Origin: a virus
Lineage: Duplodnaviria; Heunggongvirae; Uroviricota; Caudoviricetes
Virus record (IMG/VR): IMGVR_UViG_3300028887_000098
Reading direction: 5' to 3' (one strand)
DNA: 22,857 nt
Shown piece after piece: positions 16,448 to 22,857 of this stretch; the first letter of the stretch is position 1, and each line of letters begins with the position of its first letter. The position numbers were made by a program, and so were the translations under genes. The notes beneath the pieces were generated by a model. It did not search any database. It was not told where the DNA came from and saw only the letters and a list, made by a program, of their open reading frames with translations.

Positions 16448-17746
16448 TTAGATAGAACCGTAATCAGTTAATCTTGCAGCAACATCGAGGAAACTGTCAT
16501 AAGATTCTTCAGTTTCAACTGTTTCTTTAAGAATTCTGCCACCTAAGCGATTTGCACGTCTTGATTCAGCAACTTCGGCTGGTGCTTCATCATTGAGGAA
16601 TTCTCCTTCGTCAACAACTTCATATTCAGCACCATTATTATCTAATGTACTCTGAATTGCATCCAACTTATTAGCTGGAGCAGTAATAAGAATATATGGT
16701 CCATTGACTTCAGAAGAAACATCAAAGCTTGGTAAAATGTCTTCGATAACAACTTGAACATCATTTGCATTTGCAAACTTTAAGCAACGATTTTCATCAG
16801 CTGGTGCTTCTGGAGCTTGTGCTGCTGGGTTAACGAATTCACCAAAGTCAGCGAGAACTCTCTTTGCAACGTCAACGTTTTTCTTTCTACCGACATTTCT
16901 AATTGTAAATGTTCCGTCTTCATTTTCAGTATAATCAACTTCATTACTATTAAGTCTTGTTCTGATACGTAATGGCGAAACACCTTCATTTGGCTTAAAT
17001 ACTGCAATTCTACCAGATGTAAGCTGATTATTAGCATTATCACCAGTTGCAATATCAAGCTTGACATATAAACCGTTGACTTTTTCTTTTTCTTCTGCAG
17101 TAAGTTCTGCTTCACGTGCGGCTAATGCATCAATACGTGCTCTAATTTCATCTGCATTGTTACCACCGCGTCTGAAAGAAGAAATAGAAGAACTAATACG
17201 TCTAATAATATCTGATGGCGTAAGAGCACCATCATCGCGAGAATGAGTTGTTCTTGCTTGTCCTTCATCAGTCCAACGACCTTGTGGAATACCATCACCT
17301 TCTTCAACACATTGGTTGATATATGCACGTTCTTTCTGCAATTCGCTTAAATATTCCTGATTACCAGATTCTGGGAATGCTGCAAGAGCTGCATCAAAGT
17401 TAGCCAAAAGCGTTTCTGCGGTCTTTTGAGACATACCCTTACTATTAGCACTCTTGAAGTCATTTTCAACCTTAGAAAGTGCTTCAGCAACGCCAAATTC
17501 CTTGCTTGCACCTCTAACTGTTAAATTGACTGTACCGGCATTTTCAAGACCGCTAAAAGAACCAGTATAACGACCATTAAAACGTGCCATTTCAGAAAGA
17601 ATCTGATATGCCTTTGTTCTTGTTGCATTACGAGATTCCATAGATTCCATTAAATCCTTGACGGTTTTCTTAAAATCATCTTTAGATTTAGTATTAACTG
17701 AGTAACCTACAGAACCTAAAATTTTCTTTGCTTCGTTTAATTCCAT
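16448..17746 (-). CDS. Hypothetical late protein, probable head/internal protein
   Basis: 432 aa; MELNEAKKIL N-terminus, LMES and LKET motifs; late promoter and AGGAG SD. Confidence 0.75.
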   Translation of the reverse strand: MELNEAKKILGSVGYSVNTKSKDDFKKTVKDLMESMESRNATRTKAYQILSEMARFNGRYTGSFSGLENAGTVNLTVRGASKEFGVAEALSKVENDFKSANSKGMSQKTAETLLANFDAALAAFPESGNQEYLSELQKERAYINQCVEEGDGIPQGRWTDEGQARTTHSRDDGALTPSDIIRRISSSISSFRRGGNNADEIRARIDALAAREAELTAEEKEKVNGLYVKLDIATGDNANNQLTSGRIAVFKPNEGVSPLRIRTRLNSNEVDYTENEDGTFTIRNVGRKKNVDVAKRVLADFGEFVNPAAQAPEAPADENRCLKFANANDVQVVIEDILPSFDVSSEVNGPYILITAPANKLDAIQSTLDNNGAEYEVVDEGEFLNDEAPAEVAESRRANRLGGRILKETVETEESYDSFLDVAARLTDYGSI

Positions 17747-17777
17747 TTTAAATTCTCCTAATTTAATTACTTTATAT

Positions 17778-17785
17778 TATTTATA
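17778..17785 (-). promoter_or_regulatory. T4-type late promoter TATAAATA
   Basis: Exact consensus 31 nt upstream of ATG 17746. Confidence 0.7.
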
Positions 17786-17789
17786 AGAA

Positions 17790-18191
17790 TTATTCAGAAA
17801 TATTATTAATATTGAATTTTCTGACTTTTTTATAATTAATTGCATCATTATGAGAAACAATATCAAATTTTGTTCTGTGCGGCACAATTTCATTCATATC
17901 GTTGATAGAAATCATATGCCATTTTATTAGCCATAATGCAATAGAATTACGTCTTTCTAAATCTTCTAATGATACGTTACCAAAACCATGATAGCCGTTT
18001 TTGCCAGTTGTTAATGTAAATAATTGTTTAAAATGAACTAAATAATAAGTATCAAATTGCTTTAATAAATGACAAGATTGATAAATTATTTTATTTTTCT
18101 TATCAACAATTCCCATTCTGGACAATGTTTCTTTAATAACATTTGGATCTACCAGTAGCTTCACTTCTAATAATTTATTTGTTTGAAACAT
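17790..18191 (-). CDS. regA: Translational repressor RegA
   Basis: IKETLSRMGI...IYQSCHLL...YYLVHFK...EDLERRNSIALWLIKW closely follows T4 RegA. Confidence 0.92.
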   Translation of the reverse strand: MFQTNKLLEVKLLVDPNVIKETLSRMGIVDKKNKIIYQSCHLLKQFDTYYLVHFKQLFTLTTGKNGYHGFGNVSLEDLERRNSIALWLIKWHMISINDMNEIVPHRTKFDIVSHNDAINYKKVRKFNINNISE

Positions 18192-18617
18192 TTAATATTC
18201 CTCTGGTTTCCAATCAAATTCTTTTAATTCGCTTATGAATAACTTATTCGCAACGCTTTCTGGATCAATTTCATCATCAGAAACAGACCTAAAGAATGTC
18301 ATCAATATATTTTTAACCATTGTATATCTAATAAGTTCAGATTCAGAAAGTTTAGAAAAACCATAATCTTTATAACCTTTATTATTATAAAGAATATCAA
18401 TCTGCTTTTTCAATTCTGTAATATTGATATATTTCTTATTGTAAATTAGATATTTATTGTTACCAATTTCACGTGCAGTCCAAATAATCGGATTTGCATC
18501 TTTAATAACGTCTTCAAGAGTCATTTCTTTAGCAGCTTTACGAACGACTGTAGATTTTGATAATTCATCAGTCGCTTTATTCTCTTCTTCTACTAAATAT
18601 TGCTTAAAATTAATCAT
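18192..18617 (-). CDS. Hypothetical late protein
   Basis: MINFKQYLVEE N-terminus typical of T4-like head-associated proteins; late promoter. Confidence 0.75.
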   Translation of the reverse strand: MINFKQYLVEEENKATDELSKSTVVRKAAKEMTLEDVIKDANPIIWTAREIGNNKYLIYNKKYINITELKKQIDILYNNKGYKDYGFSKLSESELIRYTMVKNILMTFFRSVSDDEIDPESVANKLFISELKEFDWKPEEY

Positions 18618-18622
18618 ATAAT

Positions 18623-18630
18623 TATTTATA
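18623..18630 (-). promoter_or_regulatory. T4-type late promoter TATAAATA
   Basis: Exact consensus, 5 nt before ATG 18617. Confidence 0.7.
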
Positions 18631-18635
18631 AGTAA

Positions 18636-18661
18636 AAAAGGAGTATAAAATTACTCCTTTT
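18636..18661 (-). terminator. Intrinsic terminator
   Basis: AAAAGGAGTA-taaaat-TACTCCTTTT after the stop at 18680. Confidence 0.75.
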
Positions 18662-18679
18662 CTGTATTTTTATTTAAAA

Positions 18680-19471
18680 TTACTTGATTTTCGGTAAGAA
18701 GAACGATGGAACAAATGGCATTGGCAAGATAATTTCTTCACCACAAGATTCGCACTTGAACTTTGCAATCGGTTTTGCACTGAAAAGTAATTCACTCATT
18801 TCATTTGTAAAATGACTGAAGCTCTTTGCATCAAGGTCACAGATATATTCATATGCCTTATATAACGATAGCTTAGTATCATTGACTTTGTAAATATAGC
18901 TAGAAAGTTCCAAAAGTTCTGGATTAATTTCAAGAATGATATTTTGGTCATTCTTTAAACGATTAATTGCACCTTCTGTACTAATTGTCGGATACGTGAT
19001 TGTAATTTTATCTTCATTTGGTAATTCGATATATTCTGGAACGTCCTTATCAAGATAAGTAACATCAAGATTCTTAAGGAAGAACTTATAATTTTTAATG
19101 TTACCACAATTATTGCAAGTTCCACGAAGAATAAATGGAATATCATCGTATGTAAAAGCACGAAGATAATAAATTAACCAAATCTTGTCACCTACAAGAA
19201 TTTTATTTGTATCAATACCCCAAATACAAGAGGCAAGAACGTTATTAATTACATTATTAATATTATTTTCATTAATTGTAGCAAGATTTTTAATATTTAA
19301 TGTATTTAATTTCTTTACATAAATTGGATCTGTATAGAATTTACCTCTTGATGGTAATAAATTCTTATCTAACATTACAGATCCTTTAGGTGGTTGATTA
19401 TTTATTTCTTGTGAAATAACTCCAACATTCCCTTGATTAATATTATTAAGATCTAACTTTTCTGATTTCAT
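18680..19471 (-). CDS. Baseplate hub subunit (gp26-like), second paralog
   Basis: LLPSRGKFY...LVGDKIWLIYYLRAFTY...CNNCG...ITYPT...CESCG; same architecture as 12257-13198. Confidence 0.7.
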   Translation of the reverse strand: MKSEKLDLNNINQGNVGVISQEINNQPPKGSVMLDKNLLPSRGKFYTDPIYVKKLNTLNIKNLATINENNINNVINNVLASCIWGIDTNKILVGDKIWLIYYLRAFTYDDIPFILRGTCNNCGNIKNYKFFLKNLDVTYLDKDVPEYIELPNEDKITITYPTISTEGAINRLKNDQNIILEINPELLELSSYIYKVNDTKLSLYKAYEYICDLDAKSFSHFTNEMSELLFSAKPIAKFKCESCGEEIILPMPFVPSFFLPKIK

Positions 19472-19503
19472 ATTTTCACCTTTATTAAATTAAACATTTT
19501 ATA

Positions 19504-19511
19504 TATTTATA
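19504..19511 (-). promoter_or_regulatory. T4-type late promoter TATAAATA
   Basis: Exact consensus 32 nt upstream of ATG 19471, with SD AAAGGTG. Confidence 0.7.
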
Positions 19512-19519
19512 TACATTAA

Positions 19520-19845
19520 ATATATCTATACTCACACGTTCAAATATCTGTAGAGACAATAAGCCTATTTAGGAAAATAGGCAAAAGACATCTGTCTTCG
19601 ACTAAGTGGATTTACAAACAAGCTTGCGGGTCGGTCATCCTGTACTCCGATTTCATCTTGTTCAACCAATGGCGGCTAAATGTATTGTTTATTAGGCAAT
19701 ACTTCGATGAACTTTCCATTATCTGTTAATACCAGATCATATTACTGAAAGATGTCGTTCTTACATCTTTAATGGCTTACCCTCTACCGACAGTTCCATT
19801 GAGTTGGTCTTCGCTCCGAGGAATAAGACTTGGAATTTATGGAAT
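19520..19845. ncRNA. Putative structured non-coding RNA of unknown class
   Basis: No ORF of 60 aa or more; about 40% GC by hand count over 19561-19830 versus very AT-rich spacers elsewhere; at least eight short helices; candidate minus-strand promoter directly adjacent. Strand uncertain. Confidence 0.55.
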
Positions 19846-19876
19846 CAAATATAGATTAATTGTAAATTTTTGTAAA
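19846..19876 (-). promoter_or_regulatory. Sigma70-like promoter pointing into the putative ncRNA
   Basis: TTTACA (19876-19871), 17-nt spacer, TATATT (19853-19848); includes the CTATATTTG motif. Confidence 0.5.
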
Positions 19877-19895
19877 CCCAGATAATATAAAAATT

Positions 19896-21668
19896 CTAAG
19901 AATTCTTAACAGTAGTCATTGTATGACCATATTTTCCAGTTAATCTACCACGACGATCAACAGCATTGCGTTTACCTGCATTTTTACCTTCTTTAATATC
20001 CCATTCTTTATAAAGAACTTTATTCATAGTTTTATCTGTCATCATCTGGTTAACAAATTCTTCAGAGAACTGACCTTTATTCTTTTGTAAGTCAGCAATA
20101 GCTTCTTCTTTATGTGAAGCGAGATATGTTCCAAGTTTTTTAGAAGCACCGCCTGCACCATATTCAAGGTGAGCAACGCCACCAATCGTTGTTGCATCCA
20201 TATTACTGAGGATTTCTTTATCTATATTTGTTTCAAGTTTTGATGCTATGTTAGTCATAGATGCATTTTCAATTCTATTTGTTGAATTTTCATCAAGACG
20301 CCATACAGATTTAACACTAATTGCATTACCTTGTGTTTTTAAAACATTAGTTAAATCTTCCATAGTACCAGTATAACTTTCACCAGTTTTTATATTAATC
20401 ATAGTGAATTTTTCAGCCTTTAATCCAAGACCTTCAAGATAACGTTGCGTATTACCCATACCAAAGTTACCCTTTTGTTTTCCACCATCATCTGGATTCA
20501 TATATACTAAATTACTTGCACCTTCAGCACGACCAGCATTATTAGTTCCAAGAAATTCTGCTTTTGCATATGCTTTAAGATGTTCTATATCTACTGCATT
20601 CATACCAACACCACCTGTAGCTTGAAGCTGTTTACCAGCCATTTTTTGCTTAGGAAATTGAAGAACTACATCTTTTGATTTTTGTGTAGTACTAGATTCT
20701 TTTAATAGATTATTGTATTCAGTATTTAATTTTTCTAAAGCATTTATATTTTCATTAAGATTAGAAAGTAAATCTTCAGTTGCATATTGAGGGTCGACAT
20801 AATCCTTGACCATCTGGGTTAACGTTTTTAATTCTGCATTATTTAAGCCATCATCAAGATTAATGCTACGCATTTTTAATTCCGCATCAAACATTTTTAC
20901 TTGAGATTCTTTTGTTGGATCATAACCCATTGCAATCATAGCCTGTTGAGCTACACCAGCAGAAGTCTTGATTTGCTCAGCTTTCAATACGTCTATTATC
21001 TTACGGTCACGCATCTTCTTATCGAAATCACCCTTGCTCATCTTCTGTCTATCTTCTTCATCAGCAACTGCCTGAGCTTCATTAGTAATTCTTTCATTTT
21101 CTGGAAGTTTTTCACGAATAATGACTCTATAACCGTCTTTTATTTCTTCAAGAACAGTAGGTTCTTCAACAACATAGACTACTTTAAATGTTGCAGAAAT
21201 TTCTATAGGACTTCCATGACCATTATTATTGAATGACGGAGTTCCATATTCTTTTAAACGACAAATATAAGTCTTTTTATCGGAAATAGTTAACATTGTC
21301 TCATCAAATTGAGTAATACGAATATTTAATAAACCACCGTTTACACCTTTAAATAGTTCATTACCCATTAATCCAGAAAGTGTTTTAAAAACACGCATAT
21401 CGTCTGTTTCTTCAAAGGTAATTTCCATTGTTGTATCACCAAATTTTAAAATTGGAACAACAAATACAGTATTACCGAAGTTTAACTTATTTTCAGTATC
21501 TAATTTAAATACTGGTTGACTAATACGTTTTATGGTAAATTCTAATGGTCTGAATATCTTATCATTATTATCATAAGCATTTTGATAATTAGGCCAAATT
21601 TCCGCTTTAAATCTATACGGAATATGTGGTCTCAAAGCCATTGCATTAAATAGATTAATTAAGCCCAT
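19896..21668 (-). CDS. Tail tube-fold (gp48/gp54-like) N-terminal domain, helical linker, and putative lysozyme-like C-terminal domain
   Basis: N-terminus: RPHIPYRF...IKRISQP...LKFGDTTMEITFEETDD...IEISATF. C-terminus: EGASNLVYMNPDDGG...GNFGMG and GGVAHLEYGAG. Confidence 0.6.
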   Translation of the reverse strand: MGLINLFNAMALRPHIPYRFKAEIWPNYQNAYDNNDKIFRPLEFTIKRISQPVFKLDTENKLNFGNTVFVVPILKFGDTTMEITFEETDDMRVFKTLSGLMGNELFKGVNGGLLNIRITQFDETMLTISDKKTYICRLKEYGTPSFNNNGHGSPIEISATFKVVYVVEEPTVLEEIKDGYRVIIREKLPENERITNEAQAVADEEDRQKMSKGDFDKKMRDRKIIDVLKAEQIKTSAGVAQQAMIAMGYDPTKESQVKMFDAELKMRSINLDDGLNNAELKTLTQMVKDYVDPQYATEDLLSNLNENINALEKLNTEYNNLLKESSTTQKSKDVVLQFPKQKMAGKQLQATGGVGMNAVDIEHLKAYAKAEFLGTNNAGRAEGASNLVYMNPDDGGKQKGNFGMGNTQRYLEGLGLKAEKFTMINIKTGESYTGTMEDLTNVLKTQGNAISVKSVWRLDENSTNRIENASMTNIASKLETNIDKEILSNMDATTIGGVAHLEYGAGGASKKLGTYLASHKEEAIADLQKNKGQFSEEFVNQMMTDKTMNKVLYKEWDIKEGKNAGKRNAVDRRGRLTGKYGHTMTTVKNS

Positions 21669-21671
21669 AGA

Positions 21672-22529
21672 TTACCAACCTTCAAAAGGATCATAATATT
21701 GTGGATTATCTTCTTTTATTTCCTCAGACTTATATTGAACATTAGTAGGAACATTGTCTTTAGGTTCATTATTAATGTCTGTATCAGTTTTTGCATCTGT
21801 ATTTGTTGATAACATATCAGATTCAGGTGCAACTTCACTTGTCTTGTCGGTTGTAGAAGTAGAAGTATCAAGTTTAAATGTTTCTGCAAGTTCTGCATAC
21901 TTTCTAAATTCATCCATTGGGTCACTATTAACATTGAGTTCATCAACGTTTTCATGATTGTTGTGCCAGACACGTAATTTAAATGTATAAGTAATAGGTG
22001 TAGACAAGAATGTTGTCTGTTCAGCAAATTCCTTTACATTAACGACTTCATAATAAGTATCAGAATATTCGATATAAACAATATCACCAATCTTTGGAAC
22101 CTCAGCTTCGTAAATATCCTTCATATCTGGATATGAAAGCTGAGATGCTTCAAAGAAATGTTGAACAGTGCATTGACATGTTATAATTTCCGGATATATC
22201 ATACCCTGAAGTTCGTATTGTCTCTGCATTGTAGGAATAGAATCTGTATACATTTTTAATAAGAATCTACGTTCTACATTTGCCAATGGGTCTTCACCAT
22301 ATAATCTGTCTTTTTTAGTATCAATATTTTTTAAATAATATTGTACTTCAAATCCAAACATATTATATGCTTCAGAAGAAAGCTCAGAAAGTAATGCCGC
22401 TTCTGCTTTATAACAGTCATTTTCCATACTGTCAAAATATCTAGGAGCTGTCCAGTCCTTACCTTGAACAGAACAGTTGCCAGTTTTAAATAACTTAGAA
22501 AATTCAGAAGCGTATGTTTGAACTGCCAT
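21672..22529 (-). CDS. gp14: Neck / head-completion protein (T4 gp14-like)
   Basis: EAYNMFGFEVQYY...DRLYGEDP...PKIGDIVY...YYEVVNV matches the gp14 pattern. Confidence 0.82.
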   Translation of the reverse strand: MAVQTYASEFSKLFKTGNCSVQGKDWTAPRYFDSMENDCYKAEAALLSELSSEAYNMFGFEVQYYLKNIDTKKDRLYGEDPLANVERRFLLKMYTDSIPTMQRQYELQGMIYPEIITCQCTVQHFFEASQLSYPDMKDIYEAEVPKIGDIVYIEYSDTYYEVVNVKEFAEQTTFLSTPITYTFKLRVWHNNHENVDELNVNSDPMDEFRKYAELAETFKLDTSTSTTDKTSEVAPESDMLSTNTDAKTDTDINNEPKDNVPTNVQYKSEEIKEDNPQYYDPFEGW

Positions 22530-22533
22530 ACAT

Positions 22534-22541
22534 TATTTATA
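22534..22541 (-). promoter_or_regulatory. T4-type late promoter TATAAATA
   Basis: Exact consensus, 4 nt before ATG 22529. Confidence 0.75.
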
Positions 22542-22563
22542 AGGCGATATATAAAATACAGAA

Positions 22564-22588
22564 AAGGTTACTCAATTTGAGTAACCTT
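22564..22588 (-). terminator. Intrinsic terminator
   Basis: AAGGTTACTC-aattt-GAGTAACCTT after the stop at 22595. Confidence 0.8.
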
Positions 22589-22594
22589 AAAATA

Positions 22595-22857
22595 TTAATT
22601 TTTACCAAGTAATGCAACTAAATCGTCTTTTGTTTGTCGAGGAGTCTCATATTTAACGAATTGACCGCCTCCACCAGCAAATGCTTCACAATTTTTTCTA
22701 TAATCATCAATTAATACAGAATTTTGGTCTGCATAATATGCTTTTTCGTTACCCGTATTTGTAATAATGATATGATGTCTATCGATTTTTGTATTATTCT
22801 TTAACCAGTTTAGTTTACCAATCTTACCATCAGTAAAATGAACCGCTGTTAAAATAA
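22595..22857 (-). CDS. Partial CDS (C-terminal 86 aa): 5'(3')-deoxyribonucleotidase-like HAD phosphatase (NT5C family)
   Basis: Hand translation ILTAVHF...GKLNWL...EKAYYADQNSVLIDDYRKNCEAFAGGGGQFV contains the HAD motif-IV-like LIDD. Confidence 0.75.
   Translation of the reverse strand, partial: ILTAVHFTDGKIGKLNWLKNNTKIDRHHIIITNTGNEKAYYADQNSVLIDDYRKNCEAFAGGGGQFVKYETPRQTKDDLVALLGKN

Noticed and set aside
19530-19830. Group I intron or RNase P identity for the structured region (TGTAGAGAC, TAGTC, GGAAAGTT words)
   Set aside because: It is not inside a gene, and I could not assemble consistent P3/P7 or P4 pairings on one strand.
774-22027. Many overlapping 60-170 aa ORFs in the track (e.g. 2150-2443, 2187-2639, 6848-7351, 10708-11139, 21716-22027)
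   Set aside because: They are antisense or off-frame shadows of better-supported genes, with compositions explained by the codon bias of the real gene.

Overview
AT-rich, gene-dense segment of a large T4-superfamily (jumbo-like) myophage, read in the standard genetic code. Recognisable T4-like genes are the late sigma gp55, clamp-loader subunit gp62, RegA, neck protein gp14, two gp26-like baseplate hub paralogs, three tail-tube-fold (gp19/48/54-like) proteins and the nuclease half of terminase gp17. The window also holds two glycosyltransferases, a thioredoxin-fold protein, several probable head/internal proteins, and partial ORFs at both edges (type II topoisomerase-like N-terminus; NT5C-like phosphatase). 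The main finding is a fractured terminase gene. The ORF at 13868-14923 starts with a 101-aa C-terminal fragment of an atypically split intein (ending HHN|C) fused to the gp17 nuclease half. It has its own TATAAATA late promoter, and no ATPase/IntN half occurs anywhere in the window, which implies trans-splicing between distant loci. Other notable items are a ~320-nt ORF-free, GC-enriched, highly structured putative ncRNA (19520-19845), twelve well-placed TATAAATA late promoters of which six sit 4-6 nt from the ATG (probably leaderless mRNAs), and a tube-fold protein with a lysozyme-like C-terminus. All family calls come from motif recognition by eye; no database searches were run.
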